A stretch of 64,000 nucleotides of DNA from Naegleria gruberi. Lineage: Eukaryota. The stretch lies in NCBI GenBank assembly GCA_000004985.1, contig GG738846.1. The stretch is one strand, 5' to 3'. Positions within the stretch are counted from its first letter, which is position 1; every line of letters begins with the position of its first letter. Positions 52,500 to 63,982 of this stretch are shown one piece after another. A model generated the notes under the pieces. The model did not search any database and had not been told where the DNA came from. It was given only the letters and a program-made list of their open reading frames with translations. The position numbers were made by a program, and so were the translations under genes.

Positions 52500-53133
52500 T
52501 GGTAGAACTGACATCATTGATAATCCACTCAGGAATAATATGGATATTCTTCTTATTTCTATACAATGTATCATGTTCAAATACAATAGTATTTACAGAA
52601 ATACCATCTCTCTCAATACAACATGCTCCAAACTTGGAGAGAATATATTCAACTTGTTCTGGAATCCAAACACCTGGTTTAACAAAAGATTGTAACAAAT
52701 CAGCTCCACACAATAACATTATTCTCAACTCTGTAGTTGAAGTGTAAGATTTTTCAATTTCATCTTGAAAATGTTTTAGTACAAGCAAAGTACGTGAATA
52801 TTCACTCTGATTGACTTCCCATTCATCAATATTAATCCAATCGGAATCAGAAACTGCCAATCTACACATATCAACACGATATTTAGCACTGATAAGAGTT
52901 GGTTTTCTCTTTTCATAATCCTGATGAACAGGAGAAATAAATCCTCCAACAACATGATATCCCTCTTCATTCTGTAAAAAATCTCTAGCTGTTTCAAACA
53001 TTCGGAGATGTGAATTGGTGATCGGATTAAAACTTCCACAAGCAATTAGTACAACATTGTTAAGTGTTGATGAAAATGTGAGTTTTCCAAATGGAAAAGT
53101 ATACTCATTATTGGCTTGTTGTTGAGAAGACAT
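52351..53133 (-). CDS. NMNAT: Nicotinamide/nicotinate mononucleotide adenylyltransferase (NMNAT)
   Basis: VVLIACGSFNPITNSHLRMFE (the (H/T)xGH-type nucleotidyltransferase motif region), ...ISSTKVRQL... (the ISSTxxR motif), 260 aa. Confidence 0.85.
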   Translation of the reverse strand: MSSQQQANNEYTFPFGKLTFSSTLNNVVLIACGSFNPITNSHLRMFETARDFLQNEEGYHVVGGFISPVHQDYEKRKPTLISAKYRVDMCRLAVSDSDWINIDEWEVNQSEYSRTLLVLKHFQDEIEKSYTSTTELRIMLLCGADLLQSFVKPGVWIPEQVEYILSKFGACCIERDGISVNTIVFEHDTLYRNKKNIHIIPEWIINDVSSTKVRQLVRRNNSVKYYVHDKVEKYINEHKLYKAEDFVPIISESVFENKKL

Positions 53134-53322
53134 TTTTTAATTATTATTAAAATTAATTGATTTACTGTGAACTTTAAAAGCACAATAGCAATCTATTAAT
53201 AACTTTTTACTTCTCAATGTTTAATTCTCAAGAAACTTTTCTGCGAATTTAAGTGTTGCTTTATTTTACATTTGTTATTAATACAGGTGTTCTAATTGGA
53301 AATTGTCATGAATAATTCCACA

Positions 53323-55080
53323 CTATTCATTAATTTCTACTCTCGTAAGTGAAACCTGGTATTTAATTCCCTCAAAATCAAAGAAAGTCTTAGTAGCAGT
53401 TTGGGTGAGGTGATGAGCTCCCTTACAACCACTCACTCTAACAATAACCTTGAGATTGCTATTCTTTTTACCTTCAACATTGGTTTTTAGTGCTGAGCTG
53501 GTTGCACTTGCATTCTTTGCAACTTTGAAAGGAACACTCAAACCACCAATTACGGAACCGTTGTTGGCAGTAACTAATATTCTATAATAATTATGTTTAA
53601 CGTGCCAATCACTATGATTGTTGGATGTGGTAATACTACAATTATATGAAATCTTGTTTGAGTCGTCGCTAATGTCAGAATCATTGATCTTCAAGAGCTC
53701 ATTTCCTGATGGATCATTTGAAAGCATACAATGGACTGAGGTGGTTGAGTCCAATGACCCATCTACATCAGTAATTCTTTCAATTTCTTTCAAGTTATCT
53801 CCTCTATCCTTACTAGAACAAGATAAGACCACTAAATCAATTTTGCTAACATCAAAATCATCAGGACAATTGACAGCCTCAACAACAACAGTAAACTTGG
53901 CAGAATCGGATGTGTCATTTACCATATTCTTTCCTTCATAATAGAATGCTGGTTTACAGGCAGGAACTATTCCTAAACCCAATCCTTTGCACTGTGCAGG
54001 CATTTTAAGTCTGACATTTAAGAAACCACCAGAGTAGACATATCTAATATCTCCTTCAGCAACTGGAGTACCATTTGAGCTCAATGATTTGTCCTTCTTG
54101 CTTCCAATCTTTTTGGATGACTTTCTCTTTGATTCTCTTTCAGTATTGTGTGCTGATTTGGAAGGTGACTCCATCTTCTTCTTCTTTTGAGGCTTTGTTT
54201 CGGCAACCTTCTTTTTGGAAGTCTTCGTTGAAGTCTTTCTCTTCTTTACTTCCATGTAATCAAAATCAGAGCTGTCATCAGAAGTGGTCGAGCAGTGATC
54301 GTAGAAGCTATCGTTCCCATCTTCACTTGGCTCATCCGTCTCTTCGTCATAAACTATTGGATTACTTGTTGTATTCATCATTGAAATCTCATTTTCCTCT
54401 TTAATAATGGAGGCTTGATAAAGAGGAGTTGCAAGTAAGGATTCGCTTACTGGTGAGGACTGCAATAATTGATCACCAGCATCTCCCTCAACAAGAACCT
54501 CCTCAGTTGAGAAAAGATGAGGACAAATGGTTTGATAAATGTTATTCTTGATATTCAACTCTGACTCATCTTGAGTTGTTGAAGAAGAAGAGGTGATTGT
54601 TGCTGGTCTGAACAACTTTCTCTGTGAACTTGAAACACTTTTCAAGTCATTGAGAGTTGAGCAGTTGGTGGTACCATTCAATTCCTGGGAGTATTCCTCC
54701 TCTGAGAAGATGGTATGTTGAATTTCGTGCATAGAACCATTCTCAATAGTAGTGGCAGAAGTTGTCTTAATAGGAACCATTAACATATTACTACCCTCAC
54801 CCAAGATGGTGTCGTGGTCATAACTCATGTGGTGAGCAGTGAGAGTGGATGAGTGACTGATCAGCATTGAGCCTTCATTGGGAAAATCATCTGATTCCTC
54901 AGTCATATCCCACATTTGAACGAGTGAATGATTGAGGAGGTGATCTTGTTGCTGGTGGCCCTCGTCTTCATCCATATGGGAAACAGTGTCGAAAATTGAT
55001 AATTGATCATATGGATTCACTTCATTATCAGAAATATCTGATTCAAACTCAAAAGGAGAAAGTGGAAGACGTTCACTCAT
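53323..55080 (-). CDS. Hypothetical Ser/Thr/Asp-rich protein with a beta-rich C-terminal domain
   Basis: 585-aa ORF with a low-complexity acidic N-terminal half and a basic KKRKTSTKTSKKK stretch (possible NLS). No confident family. Confidence 0.45.
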   Translation of the reverse strand: MSERLPLSPFEFESDISDNEVNPYDQLSIFDTVSHMDEDEGHQQQDHLLNHSLVQMWDMTEESDDFPNEGSMLISHSSTLTAHHMSYDHDTILGEGSNMLMVPIKTTSATTIENGSMHEIQHTIFSEEEYSQELNGTTNCSTLNDLKSVSSSQRKLFRPATITSSSSTTQDESELNIKNNIYQTICPHLFSTEEVLVEGDAGDQLLQSSPVSESLLATPLYQASIIKEENEISMMNTTSNPIVYDEETDEPSEDGNDSFYDHCSTTSDDSSDFDYMEVKKRKTSTKTSKKKVAETKPQKKKKMESPSKSAHNTERESKRKSSKKIGSKKDKSLSSNGTPVAEGDIRYVYSGGFLNVRLKMPAQCKGLGLGIVPACKPAFYYEGKNMVNDTSDSAKFTVVVEAVNCPDDFDVSKIDLVVLSCSSKDRGDNLKEIERITDVDGSLDSTTSVHCMLSNDPSGNELLKINDSDISDDSNKISYNCSITTSNNHSDWHVKHNYYRILVTANNGSVIGGLSVPFKVAKNASATSSALKTNVEGKKNSNLKVIVRVSGCKGAHHLTQTATKTFFDFEGIKYQVSLTRVEINE

Positions 55081-56048
55081 GTTGTATTAGAGAATTACAA
55101 AGGCTGTTTGAGATTGTGTTTTAAAGGCTTTTTTTTCAAAGTGTTCAAATCAGAGTGGTGTGAGACTAGTCTTTTATAGCCTAGAGTACTTTCCATCTAT
55201 GAATTTATAGGCTTTTTTGAGTTTGTATACGCACAATAAGAGAGTATCAAAAAGTGTGAGTGAACAAAATGACATGTCGGTGCTGAGTCAACAATTGATG
55301 CTGCTTTTTCAATTCTCTCTCTTGGTGTTGTTGGTTGTATTCGAAGCTTGTGTGGAGATTTGGTAAGGTAATTTTGGGCTCTTTCAATGTTTCATGATTC
55401 GAACAAGTTCCAAATGAAAGCTATGAAATGCTGCTAATATTCACCACTATTGAACATGATTGACTATTTTATGAAGAACCGAAACAAAAAAAGAAGCCCT
55501 ATATAAATATTATTTTCTATTGCCTTTTTGTTGTCAATAACGAATAGTCGTTTCATGTTCATCTGTAAGATAAGGGAATTATTTTGCCATGACTAGTGAC
55601 ATGTCTTATTAAATGGATCTCCCATTAACATTGTGAAAATTGCAATCACATGAATTCAACAATGTAAACCAATATTTCAAGCAGATTTATCACATTTCAT
55701 GTATTGAATATTGATTTAATTGTTCTTGATGGTAACTTTTTTCAGACATGAACAATATCTATGAAAAAGACCAAATACAGCGGAAAGTTGTGAAACTTGG
55801 TTTAATTAAATACAAATATGGAGATTGGAGAACATCTACTCAACCACTTGTCTGTTTTGAGCATTGTTTATTGTTGTAATAGAAGAGTTTAAACCTTGCT
55901 CCTCCCGTATTTCGACGAATCAACTCTGATTGTAAATATAATCTACAGTGTATGAACAACACCCTATACACCTCCCTAGTTGTTCATTACAAGATATTTT
56001 CCAAACTCTGTGGTTTTCCTCAATTTATTAGAAAAGTGTTATTAAAAA

Positions 56049-57365
56049 ATGCTGCAACAAGTAGATGAACGAACAAAGCTGCTTTCTGTTGCCGATGATC
56101 ATGTTGTAAATGTGCACAACATGGCAATCAATGATGATGATCACCACCATGGAGAGAATGAGAGTAAACAAACATTCTCGGAACAAATATTTGGACGATT
56201 TAATACCTTCTCCTATTCAACCATCTTCAAGTGGAAACGAGTGAAATTTTATGTTTATTCTTTCATATTGCTATTCTTATATTTATTCTTTGATGTCCTA
56301 TCAACATTGTTTTTTAAAAAATCACTCAATTTATTATATCAACACCCATTCTTAGCCTCTGAATTGAATTATATCATTACGAGTATTTTGTTTTTTGTGG
56401 GACATTTTATACATTCTGAAGTTTATGGTGGAAAATGTGGAAAATTCAAAAATCATCATCAAGTATTTACCATTCACTATATCAATATATCGATTTGTAA
56501 CATTTTTGAAACTCTTTTTCAAATTATTGGAAGTAATGGAATGGGAAAGAGTAGTGGAACATTTATGGTTGTACTAGCTCAGATTAATATTCCACTATCA
56601 GTAATATTTACAATATTAATTTTCAAATTTAAATATAACAAACTTCAATGGATTGGAGTTGCGTGTATTTTGTTGGGTATTTTTATTGTAGTCATTCTAC
56701 CATATTTAGTGAATATGAATTTTGGATCTGTCAATACGTTTTATAGTTTAATATTTTTATTGAGCTGCTTTTTTTCAGTGGGTCAACGAATGTATGAACA
56801 ATACTTGTTCAAATTTCTAATCAAAAAACAATATTCCAAACGAAAGGAAACTAATCACGTTGAAATTAATGTTTATACTGTTGGATTTTATGAAAGAATT
56901 TACGAATTAATGTTGAATACTATTATAATGTTTCCTATTTATTACTTTTTCATTCATCAATATAATAGCGTGAATGATTTCATACATGGCATGAACATGG
57001 CATTTGATATTCTATTTGGAAATAGACAGGGATGGATAACTATTGTAGTATTCAATATTTTTAGTTACATTTGGCTACAATTGAGATTAATTTGTGTACA
57101 ATACATTAATGCTGATATTACATTTTTTGCAAATGCATTTGCCTTTCCATTTTGCACCATGGTTTTTGCCTTACCGTTTATGAAATTTTTAATTCCAGAG
57201 CAAAGTCAACTCACCATTTACCACATTATCTCAATAATAGTTCTCTTCTTTGGATTGATAGTTTACGGAATCGGAGAAAGAAAAAACAAGGAATCCTCCA
57301 ATAATAATTTAAAAAAAAATGTCCCAACAACAATTACAAACTCTCATCACCAACCTGAGGAGTGA
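56049..57365 (+). CDS. Multi-pass membrane protein, likely drug/metabolite-transporter-superfamily (CRT-like / SLC35-like)
   Basis: ~10 predicted TM helices and a His-rich N-terminus. Its 3' end overlaps a separate 71-aa coiled-coil ORF across an A9-10 homopolymer. Confidence 0.45.
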   Translation: MLQQVDERTKLLSVADDHVVNVHNMAINDDDHHHGENESKQTFSEQIFGRFNTFSYSTIFKWKRVKFYVYSFILLFLYLFFDVLSTLFFKKSLNLLYQHPFLASELNYIITSILFFVGHFIHSEVYGGKCGKFKNHHQVFTIHYINISICNIFETLFQIIGSNGMGKSSGTFMVVLAQINIPLSVIFTILIFKFKYNKLQWIGVACILLGIFIVVILPYLVNMNFGSVNTFYSLIFLLSCFFSVGQRMYEQYLFKFLIKKQYSKRKETNHVEINVYTVGFYERIYELMLNTIIMFPIYYFFIHQYNSVNDFIHGMNMAFDILFGNRQGWITIVVFNIFSYIWLQLRLICVQYINADITFFANAFAFPFCTMVFALPFMKFLIPEQSQLTIYHIISIIVLFFGLIVYGIGERKNKESSNNNLKKNVPTTITNSHHQPEE

Positions 57366-57534
57366 AATTGAAATTTTGGAAATGGAAAATAATTACATGA
57401 AGAAGGAAAAGTTACAATCAACAGCAGAGAGTGAAAAACAATCACAAATTATCAAACAAATGGAAAAGGAATTACTAGAATTGAAACAATACGAAAAACA
57501 ATTACAAAATGATATTTATAAATTACAACAATAG
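57319..57534 (+). CDS. Small coiled-coil ORF (71 aa), either an independent gene or the true C-terminus of the upstream transporter after a homopolymer frameshift
   Basis: MSQQQLQTLITNLRSEIEILEMENNYMKKEKLQ... heptad pattern. The ATG lies right after aaaaaaaaa at 57310-57318. Confidence 0.25.
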   Translation: MSQQQLQTLITNLRSEIEILEMENNYMKKEKLQSTAESEKQSQIIKQMEKELLELKQYEKQLQNDIYKLQQ

Positions 57535-57556
57535 CACATCATTTAACAAGTCGGAA

Positions 57557-58948
57557 TCAATTTTGTCTATATTTTGAATCATTATTTGTCAAATATTTTT
57601 GTAAAGCAGTATTAATCCAATCACATGGTTTGTAAAAGGATGACTTTCTGGCCTCTTCAATCGATTGTTTCTTATGTAAAATCAATAAATCTCGAGTTTG
57701 AGAATCTATTAAAGAGTGTATAGTATTTACAGGATCATCCGAAAATTTCTTCATAAACTTCATCTTTTCCGAGTGTTGTTTAATTTCCTGAATGACGGAT
57801 TGAATATTCTTATTGATAGTTTCGACATCTTCGCTTGGTTCTTCGCTCAAAATCTTTTCAATAGTCGAATTGAGCTTGGCTTGTTGTGGAGTTACTACTT
57901 GGACAGGAACATCTCTCTTAGAGGAGCCAGAAGTTGTAGAAGTATTTGTTAGATCAGTAACGTGGAATTGGATTGGATGAATTATCTCTACCACACTACT
58001 CGAAAGTGGTATCAACAAGTGTGGTTTAATCTTTTTCAAAATCTCTGCATATGTTGAACAAGTTAAAGTGTTATCTTCTAAAAGTTGTCTGAGAAGAGGA
58101 TCCAATTTGATTGCTGATTGATCATTCATGTCATAGAGTTGATTCTTAGTGATATATTCCCATATCATATTTAGGATTTGATTCAAAGTAAAGGTTGGAG
58201 GTTCATTGGATTGTGATGTTCTATCCAAACATCGGTAGTATTCGCTAGTATTGGAAATAACTTGATTTAGGGTTGGAGTAACGTTATAGAGAGGAGGATC
58301 TTGTTTGATGTGAAAAACTACTCTTAGTTGATATGTACCTGGTAGGTTTTGTAAGTTTTGTAAATTAACTTTTCTGGAAAATGTAAAACCATCCTTTAAA
58401 GGTTGTGATGCAATAGCGTTCCATTCAATAAAATCTTCTCCACCTGTGAATATATTTCTATCTAATTCAATGCTCATTGATTTTAAAAAGTTTGTAAATT
58501 TGTATTGTTCAGCAGCTGCAAGATTTGTTGACGTTCTGACAATACCTCCTTGAATTCCAACTCTCCACTCTTCTTCAGTTTTTGAAATTGGTTTTCTTTG
58601 ATGTGAGACGTAAATTCTGAGTGTTTCCCTTGTTGTTTCATTGTTTAACAATAATTGTCTCATGTGTTGTTTCTTCTCTGATAACAAGGTATCCAATCGA
58701 TGTTCATAATTTAAAAGAATACTATAGATTTGACTCTCACTGATATTTTCCTTCACCTTTTCAGGGAGTTGAATGTAATCAATTTTAGGCTTTCTACAAA
58801 TTTTTATAAATCTATTTGATCTTTAAACTTCAAAAACATACTTTTGTTGTTGCTGTTGTTGTTGTAAGAGAGCGGCTGCTGCTGCAGAATTTGGATTTAT
58901 CATTCCTGCTGCAACACCAGGATTTAAAAATCTTTTATCGTTTGACAT
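57557..58948 (-). CDS. SWI/SNF BAF60/SMARCD-like subunit with a SWIB/MDM2 domain. Two exons: complement(join(57557..58793, 58842..58948)); 48-nt intron.
   Basis: 5' exon MSNDKRFLNPGVAAGMINPNSAAAAALLQQQQQQQ(K) plus GTATGT...TTTGTAG intron restores ...KPKIDYIQLPEKVKENISESQIYSILLNYEHRLDTLL (cf. SMARCD1 [30 protein letters not shown]). SWIB core FTLNQILNMIWEYITKNQLYDMNDQSAIKLDPLLRQLL. 107 + 1237 nt gives 448 codons. Confidence 0.7.
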
Positions 58949-59448
58949 TCCAACCACTACATTATGCGAAAGAAGTATAATAATAATGATGTCATCATCA
59001 CTCTCCCATTGACACCTATTCTACTACTTACTTTGCCCTACCATTGGGTTACCACCAGGAAAGCCAAAAGGTTGCATTTTTTAAAAATTAATAACGTCAA
59101 AAATTTAATTTTAATTTTCAAATAAAAGGACAATGGATGGTTAGACTTTCTCACGTTCATAAGCCATGAAGTTTTGCACGAACACTGGAATTGTTCAATA
59201 GGTTGTTCACGAATGCTACTAGATAATTTTCCTACTTCTTCTTCGTTAATCATTTTTGATGCCAGTCACTTTAGGTGATAATTCGTATGGTTGAACGTTT
59301 TCTTGGATTTTCTTTGTGATTTTTAGAATTATTAGAAAATAATCACAAACTTCTTCCTACTTTTACTATTTAATTCTAAGTCGAAAATTATTGGGAATCA
59401 TCAAAAACAATAATTCGCATCTGCAACAGTTTTAACGTAAACAACTAA

Positions 59449-59461
59449 CTCCCGCCAAAAG
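59449..59461. promoter_or_regulatory. CTCCCGCCAAAAG E2F-like element ~55 bp upstream of the 59514 gene
   Basis: Read directly. Matches TTTSSCGC loosely (CTCCCGCC). Confidence 0.3.
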
Positions 59462-59513
59462 ACTACAAATTTTCAAAAAGAAAAAAACAACATTCATCAT
59501 TTCTGGAGGAATT

Positions 59514-60695
59514 ATGTGGGAAGTTATTAGGAAAAAGTATGATGGTTACGGTGATGGAGTTGTGGAGAACCAGGAAATAAATTTTGCAACAAACAACCAA
59601 CATATTGCCAAATTCAGCTGCAAACCCAATCCAAAAGAACAAGATCCAAACAGTTGCACTCCTGGGTATGGAGCTTTGCTGTACACTAAAATCAACAAAC
59701 TTACCCAATCAGATAATGAAATTTTGGTGATTAAGAGTGTTAGGAGTTTGCATGATTTATATAAGGCAGATACAAAGAATATTACTGCTAGTATCCTCTA
59801 CACGGAAGATAAACTCATTCCTAATCTCGTTGATTTACTCAAGAAGGATTTTGCTAGAGAGGATGTTTTGAGAACCCTGTGTAAATCTTACAAGGCGAAA
59901 ATTGCTCGTGACCAGGTCATTCCTCATGTTGAAGAAATTCAACAATTCATCCTAAACAATTACAAAACTGAAAACCCAACCAATATTTACCTCACTCTTA
60001 AACTATTTAAGGGAGTGTGTTTTGAAAAGGAGCCGTGTAAAATTGTTACTGACACAGGTGTCTTACCGGTTCTTACAATGAAATGTCTGAACCATTTTCA
60101 ACAGAAGGATATGAATCCAAAAGTGATGAAGAATGGATTCAAATTATTGAACAATTTGTTACAGGTTCCAAAGACCCATGTAGTTTTAGTGGAAGAGGAT
60201 CAAATTTTCTTACTAGTGGAAGACATATTTGAGCATCATCCAACCGATGAGAAAATACTGATTTCTCTAATGGAACACATTTCAAAACTGAGTTTTTATA
60301 CTGATGGTTTGACGAAATGTGGTAGATTTATCTATTATATAATGCCTCACCTTAGATCAAAGAATCAAATACTTTTACTAGAATCTATTAATGCCCTGTC
60401 ACATATTACTATTAGCGTAGAAGCCAAATGTCAAATTATGGATAGGGAAAGTCAAATTAAGAAGCAATTTATTGCAAATCTTGTTCATGTTTTTGATGGA
60501 TACCAGAAGGAATATCAAAATGATTACATTTTCATTAATAATTTGAAAATTATTTGTAATTTGGCAGAGAAGGACAGACCATCTCTTTTATTCCTTCTGC
60601 CAAAGATTATGGACCTTGTAGTTCTATCCACAACCAATGAAAGTGTGAAAGAAGAATTAGAAAATACATACCGTATCATCTCATATAAACCTTAG
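59514..60695 (+). CDS. Hypothetical alpha-helical (ARM/HEAT-like) protein
   Basis: 393-aa ORF starting with a true ATG. No recognisable motif. Confidence 0.45.
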   Translation: MWEVIRKKYDGYGDGVVENQEINFATNNQHIAKFSCKPNPKEQDPNSCTPGYGALLYTKINKLTQSDNEILVIKSVRSLHDLYKADTKNITASILYTEDKLIPNLVDLLKKDFAREDVLRTLCKSYKAKIARDQVIPHVEEIQQFILNNYKTENPTNIYLTLKLFKGVCFEKEPCKIVTDTGVLPVLTMKCLNHFQQKDMNPKVMKNGFKLLNNLLQVPKTHVVLVEEDQIFLLVEDIFEHHPTDEKILISLMEHISKLSFYTDGLTKCGRFIYYIMPHLRSKNQILLLESINALSHITISVEAKCQIMDRESQIKKQFIANLVHVFDGYQKEYQNDYIFINNLKIICNLAEKDRPSLLFLLPKIMDLVVLSTTNESVKEELENTYRIISYKP

Positions 60696-60778
60696 TTAAA
60701 ATCATTTGTAAATAAAAAAAAATGTATATTTTTAAACAATTTTTGTTACAACAGGTTCAAATTCATCAGTCAAAAAAA

Positions 60779-63700
60779 ATGTACAACAACAAGAAGATAC
60801 TCGCACCACCTCCGAATCGTCTTCTCGCACAACAGGTGGCAAGTTCTCAAAAATTTATTAGTGCTGATGCCATGTTCGGAGAACCTCCTCCAGGCTATGT
60901 TGCTGGTATCGGAAGAGGTGCAACAGGTTTTACAACAAGAAGTGATATCGGACCTGCTAGATTACCATCACGATTTACTCAACCACAAGGATCTTCTAGT
61001 AATTCAACAACAGAGGAAGAAAATGAACAGGAAACAAATCAAACATTTGATGAATGGAGTGGATATGGTGGAAATATTTTAGGACGTGTGACAGGAGTTG
61101 AAGATGAAGAGGATAAGGAGGCTGATTCTATTTGGAGTGCCATATCACAAAGAATGGAAAATAAGAAAAAAAGAAAAAACGTAACTGAAAATGAAAATCA
61201 GACTTCAAAATATGCTAAATATTCAGTTCTGACAAGCTCTTTGGATTCTCAAAAACCAAAAATTGCAGCTACATTTTCAGATATTAAAGAAGAATTAAAA
61301 TATCTTTCAAAGGAGGAATGGAATATTCCAGAGGTGAGTGGAAGTGCTGTCAATTCTAAAAATCCAAATAGGCTTAATCAACAAATGTATGAAAGGTACA
61401 CAGCAGCTCCTGATCAATTAATACTTGACAAATTGAATAATAATACGCTTAAATTTAATAATACAGCAGATACTGGTAAAATGAATCAATCTGGTACTCT
61501 TACAGATTTGAGAGCTTTGGGAGAAATGAAGGAAACTATTATGAAAAGCAAATTGCAATCGTTAGAAGATTCAATTTCTGGTACATCAACAGTTGACCCA
61601 AAAAATTACATGTCTGGTTTGGATTCCCAAATAGTTTTGGGAAGTGAAGAAAGAGTTCAAATCAAGAAATATAGAAAGCTATTCAAGAGAGCAACACAGG
61701 TTCGTCCTGAGAATATTGGAAGTTGGATGGGAAGAGCTCGTTTGGAAGAGTTAGCTGGAGATCTTAAAAAAGCTTGTAAAGTTATTGAAAAGGCTTGCAA
61801 CATTGTGACAGATAGTGAGGAATTATGGCTCGAATCTATTCGTTTGAATGAACAATTTGACAAACAGAATAAGAATAATATACTAGCTCAGTCAGTGTGT
61901 TGTCAAGCATTACAAGCATGTCCAAAGAGTGTCAAGTTGTGGTTGAAGGCATGTGAATTGGAATCAGATTTGGATAAGAGAAAGAAAATTCTTAGAAAGG
62001 CTATTCAGGCACAACCAGAGAGCTTACAACTCTGGAAGGAAGCTATTGATTTAGAAACTGAAGAACAATCTGCAAAGACTTTACTAGAGAGTGCTCTTGA
62101 ATATATTCCTAATAGTATAGATTTGTGGTTGGCTCTTGCTAAATTAAACCCTTACAAGGATGCCAAGAAAGTACTATCTAGAGCTATTTCTAAATTACCA
62201 AGAGAGCCTCTCATTTGGATTTCTGGTGCCTATCTAGAAGAGGAACATTACAATACCGAAACAACAAACACTAATGGAAAGAATAGTATCCAAAAGGTCA
62301 TTAAGAATGCTATTGAGACATTGAAAAAGCTGAAGGAGGAGGGATTAGATCGTGACGAGTGGATAGGATATGCAAAGAATGCAGAAAAATCAGAACACTT
62401 TATAACATGTGAAGCAATAATTAATGAAATGATTGGATATTCTCTTACTGATGTGAGGGAAAGAAAATCACAATACATTCGTGATGCCAATAATTTGGCC
62501 ACTGAAGGATTTATGAAATGTGCCAAGGCCATTTTTGAATGTGCAATCAGGGAGTTTCCAACCAAAAAGTCTGTATGGATGAATTATTACGAATTTCAGA
62601 TCAAATATCAAAAGGAGGACACTCTCACAACCAGAAATTTGCTCAAACAAGCAACAACTGAATGTCCAAGTTGTCAGAATTTATGGTTAATTAGAGCCAA
62701 GTATGAATGGAAGGTATTTAGCAATATTCAAAATGCCAGAGATGTTCTTCAGGAAGGTTTTGAGCAATTGAAGATTTTCAATATTTTACTGGCAGCTGTC
62801 AAACTTGAATATGAGAATGAAGAATATTTGAGGGCTAGACTACTTTTATTCAATTCTCGATGCCTCCTAGATGAAAAGAAGGAAGTTACCGAACAAGCCG
62901 ATGCAGGAAATATTTACATTCGTTCTGCCTTGTTTGAAAGATATGTGTTCAATAATGAATCCATGAGGAGTGCTCTCTTCTCACAAATTGATAATTATCT
63001 CCAATCGAATCAATCCCTAAGCAATACTACTATTAATAGTGAAACTATTTATACAAAGAAAACAATAGAATACGAAATACTGAATGAGGGTCTATCCAAA
63101 TATCCAAAAGAACCTAAATTGTACCTAATGAAGGGCCAACTCGAGGAGGGACAAATTTATACTCTATTGAACATGAACTCTCTATCTCTTGAGAAGTATA
63201 ACGACATTTCCAATGAGGTTTCTCTTATTTATGAGGCAGGTATTGAAAAATGTCCAAACTCTATTCCTCTATGGACTAGTTTAATCAAATTGCACTTTAA
63301 TCCTCTCCTCAAGACTATTCCTCCTAATATTAATAAGGCAAGAGCTATTATTGATAGAGCCTTACTTAAAAATCCATCTAGTGCAACTTTGTGGCTCTCT
63401 CTTGTCAAGTTGGAATATTATGTGAGTAGTACTAATGGAGTTGGTAGTGTAAACAACACAAGTCTTGCCACACTAATGAAGGGTATTCAAGCTATTGGTT
63501 CCAATAAGAAACAATTGGGAGTATTGTGGTCCTTTACTATACCATTGGAGATTGTTCAAAAAAGAAAGTCTTCTTGTGCTAATGCACTCAAGCATTGTGA
63601 TAGAGATATTTATGTAATCTCCCAAATTGCACTCGATTTCTATAGGGAACGTAAGATTGATAAGGCAAAGGAGTGGTTGAAAAAGGCCTTGACTATCGAT

Positions 63701-63982
63701 TCTACAAATGGTGACATGTGGATTTACTTGTACAAAATTGAATGTTTGCATGGGAATCAACCTGGAATTATTGAGGAAGAGTGTAAAAAAGCAGAACCCA
63801 AGTTTGGTGAAATTTGGACATTTATTTCAAAACAATTGAACTTGTACGGATATGAAAAATTGGATTCAATTTCAATTTTGAAAAAATCATTGAACTTGTT
63901 AGATTTAAACAATAACATTTTCCTTACACTGGTCACAACGTTTGACTTTGATGATTACTATGCCAATCAGTTGAACGTTTGA
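60779..63982 (+). CDS. PRP6: Pre-mRNA-processing factor 6 (PRP6/PRPF6, U5 snRNP HAT-repeat protein)
   Basis: PRP1-type N-terminus ...APPPNRLL...[28 protein letters not shown]... (cf. human [25 protein letters not shown]), then ~15 HAT/TPR repeats. The ORF-track start at 60722 is also an ATG. [13 protein letters not shown] at 60779 aligns better with homologues. Confidence 0.9.
   Translation: [1067 protein letters not shown]

Noticed and set aside
55381-55400. Possible tRNA T-arm (gattcgaac, reverse complement gttcgaatc) in the 55.1-56.0 kb intergenic region
   Set aside because: Flanking sequence does not form acceptor/T stems or a CCA-proximal end. I found no convincing tRNA cloverleaf anywhere in the window.
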